Shown: piece after piece, positions 32,801-44,109 of the stretch
Position numbering within the stretch: position 1 is the first letter of the stretch
Layout: each line of letters starts with the position of its first letter
DNA from: an uncultured Methanomicrobiales archaeon
GTDB lineage: Archaea; Halobacteriota; Methanomicrobia; Methanomicrobiales; Methanospirillaceae
Assembly: GCA_963758915.1 (NCBI GenBank)
Contig: CAVWXH010000007.1
Span: 49,813 to 113,812, forward strand
Length of the DNA: 64,000 nucleotides
Reading direction: 5' to 3'
The notes under the pieces: generated by a model
What the model was told of the DNA's origin: nothing
Databases searched by the model: none
Seen by the model: the letters and a program-made list of their open reading frames with translations, nothing else
Program-made: the position numbers and the translations under genes

Positions 32801-35800
32801 GAACCCGTTCTGGAAGTTGTTGTTGGCCGTGTTGTTGGTCAGGTTTGTCCACGGGGCGTTGTTCAGCTCGAACCCATGAACCTGGTTTTCATTCGCTGTG
32901 TTATCTGAAAGATCATTATACCCGGTGCCAAGGATACCAAACCCTGAGAATAAGTTCTGGCTTGCATTGTTGCCGACCAGGTTGTTTCCGGTTGATGTCC
33001 CGTTGAGGAGGACACCGTACTGGTCGTTGTTGAACGCGTTGTTTCTGATGAGGTCGTTGTTGCCTGAATCAACCAGCCAGATACCGTTCTGGTGGTTCCC
33101 GCTCGCGTTGTTGTCTTCCAGCAGGTTGTTATTGGACCCGTTCAGTTTAATGCCGTTGAGTGTGTTGTTGAAGGCCATGTTTCCTGTCAGGTTATTGTTT
33201 GGCGAAGACAGGAAGTGGATACCGTTCAGGCCGTTATTACTGGCATTGTTCATGAACAACGTGTTGTTTTCTGACCCGCTGGAATAAATCCCGTCCTCTG
33301 TATTGAAGAACGCCGAGTTGTCAAACAGGGTGTTGTTGTTCGATCCATTCATCAGTTCGAAACCGTCAACCGAGTTGTAGCTTGCATTGTTGCCGTTAAG
33401 GTTGTTAAATTTCGAATCAGTGAGATAGAACCCGACAATATTGTTCGTTGCTGTGTTGTTGGTCAGGTTATTATTATTGCTGGTCCAGAGGCCGATTCCA
33501 ATTATTGCATTTTGATCAGCGATATTGTCCTCGAGATTGTTGTAATCTGAGTTACCAAGGACAATGCCATGCCAGGAATTGTTAAAGGCAGTATTTCCTG
33601 TCAGGTTGTTGTGGTTGCTGTAATCAAGGAAGAAACCGTTCTCCTGGTTAATGAATGCGGTATTTCCTGTCAGGTTGTTGTAATCCGAATTGTTGAGGTA
33701 ATAACCTCTTAACGAGTTGTAACTGGCATTGTTGTCTGTCAGGTTGTTATTATCTGCGTTAATGAGGAAGAACCCGTTCTGTGTGTTGTTAAATGCATCA
33801 TTATCTGTAAGTTCATTATTCATTGACTGCTGCAGGTAGAACCCATGGAGATTATGGGTTGCAGTGTTGTTGATCAGGTCATTTTCGTTACTGGTCCACA
33901 GCCCGAATCCTACGCCAGTGTTATTTGTTGCGACACTGTCGTTGATGATATTGTTATTGCTGGCGAATAATACGAAACCATTAAGGCTGTTATCTGTGGC
34001 GATATCTCCGGTAAATACATTATAATTGCTGGTATTCGAGAAGAAACCGTTTGCTGAATTCAGGCTTGCATTGTTGCTGATAAATGTGTTATTATCAGAC
34101 CTGTTCACATAGAACCCGTTGTTCTGGTTCCTGAACGCGTTGTTTTCAGTGAGGTTGTTCCAGGTGGAATCCTGCAGGCTGTAACCATCGTATAAATTGT
34201 TATTCGCATTATTTCCTGTCAGGTTGTTCCAGGTTGAACTGAAGAGGGATACACCATTTACGCCATTCTCATTTGCGAAGTTACCGGTCAGGTTGTTGTG
34301 GTGCGAATCGTTGAGGATGATCCCTGTATTGGAATTGTTATTTGCAAAGTTACCCACCAGCGTGTTCTCATTGCTCATATTATCGAGGTAAATACCATAG
34401 TGCTGTGTTGTCCTGGATGTTCCGAGTGCGAAGTTGCCGGTCAGGTCGTTGTTAGTGGAGTTATTCAGGTAAATTCCGATAGCTCCATTGTTATTTGCGA
34501 AATTACCGGTCAGGTTGTTCCATGTGGCTGATTCCAGCACAATCCCGATACCGCCATTGTTATTTGCAAAGTTCCCGGACAGGTTGTTGTGGTCTGAATT
34601 TTCAACATGAACCCCGGTGATGTTGTTAAACCATGCGTTGTTCCCTGCAAGGTCATTGTTATCGCTGCCTGACCCGAGGAATATGCCGAACTGCTGGTTT
34701 GGAGAGGCACCCTGGGTTCCGTTTGCCGAGTTGTATGCAAGGAGGTTACGGTCAGAGTTATTCAGTTCAATACCCGCATAACGGTTATCGTTAGCAAAGT
34801 TACCGGTGAGGTTGTTGTCACTGGCATTCTTTAAGAAAATCCCGTCGTTGTGATTGTCCTGAGCGAAATTACCTGTCAGGTTATTCCAGGTCGATGAATT
34901 CAGGTAAATCCCATTACGTCCGTTGCTGTTTGCATTGTTGCCAACCAGGTTGTTATGGTGGGCATCATCCAGTGCGATTCCGTCATTCTGGTTGAAGAAT
35001 GCATTGTTACCAACAAGGTTGTTGTTATTGCTCTGGTATGCAAGGAGGATACCGTATACCTGTGTTGAACCGGAAGTTCCGTTTGCCGAGTTACGTGTCA
35101 GGTTATTTGATGAAGAGTGGTAGAGGAGAATTCCATCAACACCATTGTTATCTGCAGTATTCTCTGTCAGATTGTTATTATCTGAGTAATAAGCGAAAAT
35201 TCCATCAAAACCATTGTTGCTTGCATTGTTCCTGGTGAGGTTGTTGAAGTTACTGCCCGTGGATAACATTATACCGTGCATCGTATTGTGGACGGCAGTA
35301 TTATCAGTAATAGTATTTTCGCTGCTGTTCGTGAGGCTGATACCACGCTGACCATTGAATGCCGCGGTATTCCATGTTACATTGTTAAACATGGAGTCTG
35401 TCAGGTTTATCCCGTCATAAGTGTTGTAGGATGCATTGGTCCCGTTTATCGTGTTTCCATTCGACGGGTCGAGATAGACCCCGTGCCTCTGGTTGAAGAC
35501 TGCGGTGTTCTGGTCAAGGGTGTTGTTATTGGAATTATTTAGGTTGAACCCATCTCTGCCATTGTTCATCGCGGTATTAGCTGTGAGACTATTATTATTC
35601 GAAAGCAGGAGGTAGAAACCATCCATCAAAATGTTCCCGTTTGCGGTATTATCGGTAAGATTATTGTGACTCGATTCCTGGACCCCGATTCCCAATAACC
35701 CGTTGTTATTAGCAAAATTACCGGTCAGGTTGTTATGGTTCGACTTGTTAAGCCCGATACCGATCATGAGATTGTTGTTAGCAAAGTTACCGGTCAGGTT

Positions 35801-38800
35801 GTTATTGTCTGACTGGTCAAGCCCGATACCGATCATGAGATTGTTGTTAGCAAAGTTACCGGTCAGGTTGTTATTGTCTGAGTCAGATAGTGCAATACCC
35901 AATAAGTTTCTCTCTGCCGTATTCCCGTTAAGATTATTGAAATTTGACTGGTTTAGCCAGATCCCATTGTTATTCTGGTTCCAGCTTGCATTATTCCCGA
36001 TGAGTGTATTGCTGTCCGATTGTAAGAGATAAATCCCGTTATTACCATTCCTGGACGCATTATTTCCTGTAAGGACGTTGTTATTACTCGAATGGTTCAG
36101 GTAAATACCGTTATTGGTGTTTTCGCTTGCATTGTTATTTGTCAGGGTGTTGTAGCCCGACTGGCTGAGCACGATACCGCGATAGTTACCCGTCGCATTA
36201 TTCCGGAGAAGCGTGTTATAATCCGAACCGGTCAGGTAAAAACCGTAGTTGTTACCGGTCGCATTATTTTCTGTGAGTATGTTACCATTGCTTGCCTGGT
36301 CCAGCCAGATACCATTCTGGTTCTGGTTTGCAGTGTTCCAGCTGATCGTGTTATTGTTGCTTGACGGAGAGAGTACGATACCATTATTGGTATTGTGGTT
36401 TGCAGTGTTCCATGTCAGCGTATTGTTGCCGGACTGGGAGAGCCAGATACCATTTGCGTTTTCACTCGCATTGTTCCTGGAAACGGTGTTATTGCCTGAC
36501 TGGACGAGGGCGATACCACTTGCAATATTCCATGAGGCGATATTCCATGAGACATTATTCTTTTCTGAATTGTAGAGACTGACTCCATTACCCGTATTAT
36601 TAAAAACCGTGTTGAATGCAACACGGTTCTCGCTGCTGTTAGTAAGGAAAATCCCGTTTTGCCCGTTATGTGTTGCTGTATTCCATGTTACATTGTTGAA
36701 CATGGAGTCGGTGACATTTATTCCGTCATATGTGTTATACGAGGCATTTGTGCCGTTGATGGTGTTCCCGTTCGATGGATCGAGGAATACACCGTTCCAC
36801 CTGTTGTAGGTAGCGATGTTCTGGTTAAGGGTGTTGTTATTGGAATTGGTGAGATTGAACCCGTTCCTGTCGTTGTCGCTGGCGTTGTTGCCGAATAGGT
36901 AGTTATTGCTTGCACCGGAAAGCCAGAAACCACTGTCCCTGTTGTCAGTAGCATTGTTGTTGATGAGATTGTTGTTGGTAGAACTGAGAATGGATATACC
37001 ATTGTAATTGTTCGTCGCTGCGTTATTGCCGGTTAGTGTATTGTAATTGGACCCTGACAGGTAGATACCCTCGGTATTCCTGTTTGCATTATTTCCGGTG
37101 AGGTCGTTATTGTTCGAACCCAGGAGGTAAATACCATACCCGCTGTTCCCACTTGCGGTATTGCCGGTCAGGTTGTTGTAATTGCTCGAGCCTGAGAGGT
37201 ATATACCACTACCAATGTTATCACTGGCATTGTTTCTTGTGAGGTTGTTGTTGGTGGCACTGGAAAGCCAGATACCCTCACCAGTATTACCGGTGGCGTT
37301 GTTTTCTGTCAGCGTATTGAGTTAGAACCTGCGAGCCGGATACCAACATTGTTGCCGATGGCATTGTTCGCGGTGAGATTGTTATAATTCGAACTGGAGA
37401 GGTATATGCCGGTACCAGTGTTCCCGGTGGCGTTGTTCCCGGTGAGGTTGTTGTTGTTCGAACCTGACAGATAAATGCCGAATGGATTATTTCCACTCGC
37501 CGTGTTTGCGGTCAGGTTATTTCTCTGTGAGTTGGTAAGTCCAATTCCGTAGTAGTTACCGGTTACCGTGTTGTTGAAGAGGAGATCATCATTAGAGTCT
37601 GTCAGGTTAATTCCGTAAACCCCATTAAACCTGGCCGTGTTGTTAACCAGGGCAATGTTTGATGTCCTGTCAATAACGATACCGCTGTTCGTGTTGTTAT
37701 TGGCAACACTGTCCGTGATGTTGTTCTGTGCCTGGTTGAGGTAGATACCAAAGGTGTTGTTGTTCGCAGTCAGGCTTGTCAGGTTGTTGTTACTTGAAGA
37801 GGCGAGGTAGAAACCGTATCCTGTCCCACCTTTCGTATTATAACTGGCATTGCTCTGGTACAGGTTGTTGTTATTGCTTGTCGAATCCAGGTAGAAACCG
37901 ATAGGTATTTCCCGTCGCTGTGGTCCCAATCAGGTTGTTATTGCTGCTTGAGGTGGTAAGGTAGAACCCGTAATCATTACCATTTGCAGAACCGCCACTC
38001 AGGTTGTTGCTAGTTGCCTGCGTGAGATAGTAACCATACCTGTTGTTGTTAGCGGTGTTGTTGATCAGACTATTTCCATAGGTATTAGACAACCTGAATC
38101 CGGCGTCGCTGTTACCGATGGCAATATTGTCACGCAGTGTATCATTGTGTGAACCATCCAGGAAAATACCATTGACCGTATTGTAACTGGCATTGTTGCC
38201 GGTAAGGTTGATGTAGTTTGTCGTACCTGGGATGTAGATACCGGAAAGGGAGTTGAAATTTGCTGTGTTCCCGATAAGGCTGGCATTGATGTTGCCGATT
38301 GCACCTGAAAGGTAGATACCATACTGTTGGGATGGACCATTTGCAGTGTTCCCTGTCAGGTTTGCCTGCTGTGTATCAACGAGTAAAATACCATACTGGA
38401 TATTGTTGTTTGCTGTATTCAGTGAGAGATTATTTCGCTGTCCGTTGGTATCGATGATGCCAACGCCGGTATGAGTGTTTGAATCCCCGTTGTTGTTGGC
38501 GTAGTTTCCAATCAGGTTATTATCATTTGTATTACTCAGCTGGATACCATAATACCGGTTATTTCCTGCATAATTTCCCGTTATTAGGTTTTTCTCAACA
38601 GAGCCACCGGATCCATCGATATAAATCCCTGAATTATCATTGAAATAAACCAAATTGCCACTGACATTGTTGCTCGCGCTTAAAGAATTTACAAGGATAC
38701 CATATGACTGAGTGGCTGTCGAGATACCTGTTGTCCCGTTCGCATAGTTGCCCGTTATGTTGTTATTTTGTGAATATTGAACGACAATTCCGGCGCCAAA

Positions 38801-40341
38801 GTTTGTTGGGCCATTATAATTTGCCTGGTTTCTCGTTACGTTATTGTTATCCGAGTCAAATATGTTGATTCCGTTATTTTTGTTGTAGTTAGCAGTGTTG
38901 TTATCGATGATGTTGCTGTCACTTGTTTCAATATAGAACCCATTAAATTTATTATATTGAGCAGTATTGTGTGTCAGGTTATTTCCGTTTGCATATTGGA
39001 GATAATACCCATGCTGCTGGTTTGATGTTCCTGGGTTCGTGGTATATCCGGCAAAGTTGTCATACAGCGTGTTATTTGTCGATGATTCGATTTTTATGCC
39101 ACTAACATAGTTATTGGAAACGATATTTTTCGAGATTGTATTGTTATCTGAACCCGATCCAGTCATAAGGATCAAATTCTAGCAGAATACCGTGCTGCTG
39201 CCTTGTTATTCCAGCGGTATTATTCGCAAAGTTGCCGGTAATGTTATTGTTGTCAGAATTGAAGAGATAGATACCGGCATTTTGGTTATTGTTTGCTGTA
39301 TTGGAACTTACTTCGACCTCCTGAGAGTTCAGAAGTACAATACCACCTAACCCGGATGTTCCAAAGTTATTGTTTGCCTGGACATTGGTAATGTTGTTCA
39401 TCGGAATTTGTGGAACAGTACTTTCAACAATATTGTTGAGTAAAATACCGGCTACCCTGAAATTGACCAACGTGATATTGGTAATACTTATACCAGAAAT
39501 TGACGGGGAAGTATCGAACGTGTTGTAGTTACTGGCACTCTGGTTGTTGACAATAATACCATACTGTGCATTATCCTAAACCATCAAAAATTGCTCCCAT
39601 CCCATCAAATATTACATTTGACGCATTGATAAGGATACCAAAATCTCCAAACCCGGAGTATGTATTTAGTGGCTGAATTGTATGTAACTGTTCCAAATCC
39701 TCCGGGACTAGTACTATTAATCAGGTCCATTATCCATACATGGCCCGACTGGTTGATGACCCATCCGGCACCGGTATAATACGGGTCGTTTGCGGTATTA
39801 TTCAGGGGAGGGTCTGACCATGTATAATTACTCCCATAGCTACCTGCTGATGAGTTCGTAAGGTTGGCATTCCCCTCATTTCCTGACAGGTATATACTGT
39901 GATTCGTGATAGTGGCTGATCCCTGTTCTGATCCTGTCGGGACCGTTGTGACAGGAACCGTGGTTGGGACGGTAGTTGGCCCAGTTGTCGGTACCTCCGT
40001 CGGGCTCTGTGTTGGAACCTGTGTTGGAGCTACCGTTGGAACCTGTGTTGGGACTACGGTCGGAACCTTCGTCGGAACCTGTGTGGGAACCTCGGTAGGT
40101 ACCTCTGTCGGAACCGTTGTCGGTATTTCGGTAGGCTCCGGAGTAGGTGCCTGGGTAGGGACCGGGACCGGGTCAACCGGTATGGGTGTATTCACAGGGC
40201 TGGGATCTCCCCCTGGTAAAATACCTGAGCCTTTATAGCTGTCAAATTGGCCTGCTAAATACCGGTGACAGCACTCCCAAGGATAATGAGGAGTGCAATC
40301 ACCATTATGGTGAGAATACTAATTTTTTGATTATGAGACAT
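29889..40341 (-). CDS. Giant (~3,480 aa) secreted parallel beta-helix (NosD/PbH1) surface glycoprotein with C-terminal NBR1-like Ig domain; at least 8 frame breaks
   Basis: Signal peptide from 40341; PT-rich linker; well over 100 ~22-24-aa G(I/F)xL..S.NN.L..N.A..N repeats; N.WN..GGNYW...D.YPL cap; Ig domain (V.V.NTG...W, V.PG.S.TF); breaks near 40260, 39665, 39576, 39167, 37902, 37319, 30680, 30020. Confidence 0.8.
35703..35884 (-). repeat. Near-identical 69-bp tandem repeat (~2.5 copies) within the beta-helix gene
   Basis: Encodes SDNNNLTGNFANNNLMIGIGL twice plus a partial copy; DNA almost identical. Confidence 0.85.
39945..40170 (-). repeat. 12-bp degenerate repeats encoding a PT(E/Q/K/T/V)V linker
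   Basis: PTEIPTTVPTEVPTEVPTQVPTKVPTVVPTQV... Confidence 0.8.
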
Positions 40342-40691
40342 ACGACCTCTCCAGTGCTTTGATAACCTTGGAAATTTATCATGGAATTTCGATTTACAGA
40401 TTTTATGAAGATTTCAGAGTTTTAATGATGCATCAGTAAGCAAGTATCCGGTCAGGAATTCCTGTGTAGGAGATCTGCCTCTCTTCACTGGATACCCTCC
40501 TGTCCGGACGTTCGCCTGATATACGCAATTTTAAAGGGATTTTTGCAATTAAATCGATAATAGAGTCACATTTACTCTACACCGAAACAACAACCTGCTA
40601 ACGATTGATGGAAAATTAGTGTCAATACCTGAAGATATATCTTGTTAATTAGATCTAATGATCTTTATTATTATGTTATATCAATGGATGA

Positions 40692-40709
40692 CAATGTAAG
40701 GTTACATTG
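40692..40709. promoter_or_regulatory. Palindromic putative operator upstream of the giant surface gene
   Basis: CAATGTAA-GG-TTACATTG perfect 8-bp inverted repeat in an AT-rich 600-bp intergenic region. Confidence 0.4.
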
Positions 40710-40950
40710 CAATAAATATATTGATTTCACCCGGGTTATTACAACAACACACAATATCCTGTTGGATTAGTAAACGTGTCTGAAATTTCGATATATCTGT
40801 TGTTCAGGATACTAAGTCCCAGGTTCTTTAATCCCTGTATGAAAAACACAGGGGTATGGTACAAATAAATGGGCAGAATAAACCTGATCAACGGTTGATG
40901 ATTAAAAAACGCGAATTAAACGGAATTGAAGAGTAACAGAAAAAAAGAGT

Positions 40951-41259
40951 TCAGCCGAACAGGGCACCGAGCCCTGCCATGCCGCTCTCTTCCTCTTCTT
41001 TCTTATCTTCCTTGGTCTCTTCTGCTGCTGCTGCAGGTGCTGCACCGGCTGCTGCGGGTGCTGCTGCAACTGCTACCTGTGCTACAGCTGCCTTGCTGAT
41101 TGCATCATCGATGTCAACACCATCAAGTGCTGCAACGAGTGCCTTTACACGGGATTCGTCCACGGCGATACCTGTGGCAGTAAGGACTGCCTTTACGCTG
41201 TCTTCCTTTACCGGCTTTCCAGCCTTGTGCAGGAGAAGTGCTGCATAGATATATTCCAT
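40951..41259 (-). CDS. rpl12: 50S ribosomal protein P1 (L12p)
   Basis: [11 protein letters not shown]...[13 protein letters not shown]. Confidence 0.97.
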   Translation of the reverse strand: MEYIYAALLLHKAGKPVKEDSVKAVLTATGIAVDESRVKALVAALDGVDIDDAISKAAVAQVAVAAAPAAAGAAPAAAAEETKEDKKEEEESGMAGLGALFG

Positions 41260-41277
41260 CTCAATTCACCTTTAGAT

Positions 41278-42132
41278 TTATTTTCCCTCAGTTATACCTT
41301 TGAGGGCAACGGTTTCTCTGTACGCCTTACCAATAATCGCATCAATGACATCTTTCTCGTAGATGCTTGCCTCGATTCCAAGTGCACGTGCTTCGCGGGC
41401 TGCCTTTGTGATCATCGGCACGATCGTTTCTTTCGTCGGGATACCTGCGTTCAACGAGAGGTTGAATGCCTGCTGTCCTGCGAGGGCGATCTGTGCGAGG
41501 ATCTTGTCTTCATCAATGGCCAGCACCGAAGGCTCGTACATGTCTCCTTCAAAGTATGCTACCTGGAGGAGCAGGCCGATGTCCATCGGCTTGATATCGA
41601 GTTTTGCAAGGACCTCTGCCTGTTTCCGGGTGACAGCCTGGCCTTTCTTTACGATGGTCTTGGTCTCGCGGATCCTGACCTTACCGGCCTCGATCGCTGC
41701 GGGAATACCTGCCTGCTGGAGATCACCCACAATGGGGCCTGGTTTGAAGCTCGTCGGACCTTTCTGAACGATAATGTCCTCGGGTGCAATCTCACCTGGT
41801 TTTGCCGCCATCTTGGTTTTGGTCTTTTCGAGTGTCTTGAAGAGTTTGAACGGGTTTTCATTCGTGAAGATCAATGCTGAATGACCGGATATATACTTAG
41901 AAACCTCGGCCTTATCGCCACCGATTTCCTCAAACGCATGCTTGATCAGTGTATTCCTGGTCATCTTGATCGTCGCGGTACCACGGAGGTTCCTGCGGAT
42001 CTGCTGGACCTGCGTTGCAGGAATGCCATACATATCCACAAGCCCGACAAGGGAAAATTCCCCTGAGTGCTTCTTGATATCCTCGACTTCTTTCTTTTTC
42101 CATGCCGGCAGGTGGTGCGTATACAATGCCAT
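41278..42132 (-). CDS. rpl10: 50S ribosomal protein uL10 (P0)
   Basis: PAWK...V, Q.IRR.LR, AKPG.IAP.DI....GPT...PGP; operon position. Confidence 0.95.
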   Translation of the reverse strand: MALYTHHLPAWKKKEVEDIKKHSGEFSLVGLVDMYGIPATQVQQIRRNLRGTATIKMTRNTLIKHAFEEIGGDKAEVSKYISGHSALIFTNENPFKLFKTLEKTKTKMAAKPGEIAPEDIIVQKGPTSFKPGPIVGDLQQAGIPAAIEAGKVRIRETKTIVKKGQAVTRKQAEVLAKLDIKPMDIGLLLQVAYFEGDMYEPSVLAIDEDKILAQIALAGQQAFNLSLNAGIPTKETIVPMITKAAREARALGIEASIYEKDVIDAIIGKAYRETVALKGITEGK

Positions 42133-42777
42133 TTATACCACCCTCACTGCCGGGCCCATGGTTGTCTTCACGTATACCGATCTGACATTCATCGTTCCCT
42201 GGTCAAGGACCGACTCGACTCTTTTCAGGACTGCGTCGATATTCTCGGCGACCTGTTCATCGGTCATCTTGGTCGTGCCGACCTTGACGGAGAGGACTTT
42301 CTTGTCCTTGGTCCTGATCTTCACGGAGTTCCGGAGTCGCTCCACGATCGGCTTGATGTCCATACCCATTGTAATCGGGGTCGGCATCCGGCCTCGCGGA
42401 CCCAACCGCGGACCTAAGAAACGCCCGACCAGTGGCATGACAGCCGTCTCAGCAAGGAAAAACCGGTACTGACCGGCGATCTTCCTTGCCTCACGTGGCT
42501 CTCCACCGAGCCGTTCAATCTCTTCAGGGCCGATAATCAGGTCCACGCCTGCCTCTTTAGCCTGCGTGGTGATGTCACCCTTCCCGAGTACCACTACACC
42601 AACCGGTTTGCCGATGCCGTGGGGGAGAAGGATTGTCTCATCAATACGATTTTTCGGCTGCGCCATATCGATATTCTTGAGATTGATGGTAATATCTACA
42701 CTCTCAGAGAACTTACGTTCAGGCGCTTTCTCTTTTGCCGCTTTCACGGCCTCAATAATTTTGGCCCTTTCTACCAT
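42133..42777 (-). CDS. rpl1: 50S ribosomal protein uL1
   Basis: RKF.ESVD..INLK, LGPRGRMP, VYVKTTMGP; GGAGG RBS. Confidence 0.96.
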   Translation of the reverse strand: MVERAKIIEAVKAAKEKAPERKFSESVDITINLKNIDMAQPKNRIDETILLPHGIGKPVGVVVLGKGDITTQAKEAGVDLIIGPEEIERLGGEPREARKIAGQYRFFLAETAVMPLVGRFLGPRLGPRGRMPTPITMGMDIKPIVERLRNSVKIRTKDKKVLSVKVGTTKMTDEQVAENIDAVLKRVESVLDQGTMNVRSVYVKTTMGPAVRVV

Positions 42778-42786
42778 CTGATTCCT

Positions 42787-42834
42787 CCATAGTCCACGAC
42801 CGTGCACGGACTATTCCGCCACGATCTCCTATGG
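42787..42834 (-). promoter_or_regulatory. Putative uL1-binding autoregulatory mRNA element
   Basis: mRNA CCAUAG-GA-GAUCGUG...CACGGUC-GUGGA-CUAUGG: two helices around an asymmetric GA/GUGGA loop; basal stem overlaps the SD. Confidence 0.65.
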
Positions 42835-42844
42835 TTTCGCAAAT

Positions 42845-43321
42845 CTATTCAGCGAGAACCTTGTCATAGGCGCCGGAATCAATCGCTGCAAAGACCTCTT
42901 TAGGTTTTTTGCCATCCACGTTGACTCCCATGCTGACGCATGTACCGACAACTTCCTTGACTGCATTTTTAATGTCATAGGAGAGCATGTCGTCATGCTT
43001 CATCTTGGCGATTCTGACAGCGGCCTCGAGCGACAAATTTCCAACCACAATTGTGTTGGGTTCGGCAGAACCTTTCTCGATATTGGCCTCTTTCTTGATG
43101 AGTGCCGTCGTCGGTGGAATACCCACCGTGACTGTGAAATTCTTCTTTTCGTCAACTTCGATTGTTACCGGCACCTGCATTCCGTTGAATGAAGCTGTCT
43201 TCTTGTTGATCTCGTCGACTACTGCCTTCACATTTATACCGAGGGGTCCCAGTGCCGGTCCAATAGGTGGACCTGCAGTTGCCTTGCCGCCGGGTACCAA
43301 TACCTCGACCACTTCTGCCAT
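42845..43321 (-). CDS. rpl11: 50S ribosomal protein uL11
   Basis: [25 protein letters not shown]. Confidence 0.97.
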   Translation of the reverse strand: MAEVVEVLVPGGKATAGPPIGPALGPLGINVKAVVDEINKKTASFNGMQVPVTIEVDEKKNFTVTVGIPPTTALIKKEANIEKGSAEPNTIVVGNLSLEAAVRIAKMKHDDMLSYDIKNAVKEVVGTCVSMGVNVDGKKPKEVFAAIDSGAYDKVLAE

Positions 43322-43425
43322 AGTAGTATCACCATGCCGTCCCGTAAGGGTACGAACCTGGGTTAAGTAAGGTTACCCTGCACAGACTTAAACATGTGGG
43401 AAGACCGGAAAAAAAGGGAGACTGG

Positions 43426-43906
43426 TCAGCGGTCTTCGCCTTTATCAATCACGCGGACATTATCGCCCCGGACTGTGATCGGGATAGGCAGCACACTCTC
43501 GTAGAGCTCGACGGTTATCTCCTCTTTACCTGAGTCGATTCGTTTAACGACAGCTTTTTCGCCCTTGAACGGTCCTGCTATCATCTCGACGATTGTCCCT
43601 TCGGATATTCCGCTTACGACAGGCTTTAGGTACCAGGAAGTGTGCGACTTCGGCGAGCGTTGTCTCACCATGAAGAACGACGCGCGCGTGTGGGACTTTC
43701 TCGACCAGTTGTTCAATCCTGTTCATCTGTTCGGAAGTTTCTACGAGGACATAGCCCTTGAGCTCGTCAGGGACGATGATTGCGAGCACCTTCACATCCG
43801 AGTCGCCGTTGTCGATTACCTTCTTAATATTGTCAGCAACCGTCCTTTCCTGCTTCGAGGTCGTCTTAATGGCAAAAATACGGTTAGTCTGTTCAGGCAT
43901 ATTCAT
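43426..43906 (-). CDS. spt5: Transcription elongation factor Spt5 (one extra A near 43626)
   Basis: NGN domain in 43544..43906 ([16 protein letters not shown]) and KOW in 43426..43716 (GPFKGEKA.V); joined by deleting one A in CCTAAAGCC. Confidence 0.9.
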
Positions 43907-44103
43907 CAGCTGGGGACTAAGAGGAATAGTTCGTAAATGATGAATCCAATGAGACCTACGAGTGCTATACCTGCTGCAGCGACGAGCGCGATCTTCTGGA
44001 ACTCTTCCCTGGTTGGCGTACGGGCAAGTTTCAGGACACGGAGGTACTTACGCAGCAGCTCCTCGTGGAAATCAATTTTCATATTGGGTTGTGGTAATTC
44101 CAT
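43906..44103 (-). CDS. secE: Protein translocase SecE/Sec61-gamma
   Basis: YLRVLKLARTP..EEF..IA + TM; conserved ftsZ-secE-spt5 synteny. Confidence 0.92.
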   Translation of the reverse strand: MELPQPNMKIDFHEELLRKYLRVLKLARTPTREEFQKIALVAAAGIALVGLIGFIIYELFLLVPS

Positions 44104-44109
44104 AGTTGA

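Noticed and set aside
35703-35884. Regular direct repeats resembling a CRISPR array
   Set aside because: Contiguous 69-bp in-frame coding tandem with no unique spacers and no cas genes
30629-39470. AAC-rich repeats suggestive of a diversity-generating retroelement TR/VR pair
   Set aside because: No reverse transcriptase in the window; the duplicates are in-frame coding and differ at non-A positions too; AAC richness reflects Asn ladders
40255-40260. TAG after the giant gene's signal peptide as an amber read-through site
   Set aside because: The downstream coding sequence is in another frame; an indel explains it
43426-43906. Programmed frameshift or split Spt5
   Set aside because: No slippery heptamer; the same +1 error pattern appears in many unrelated genes
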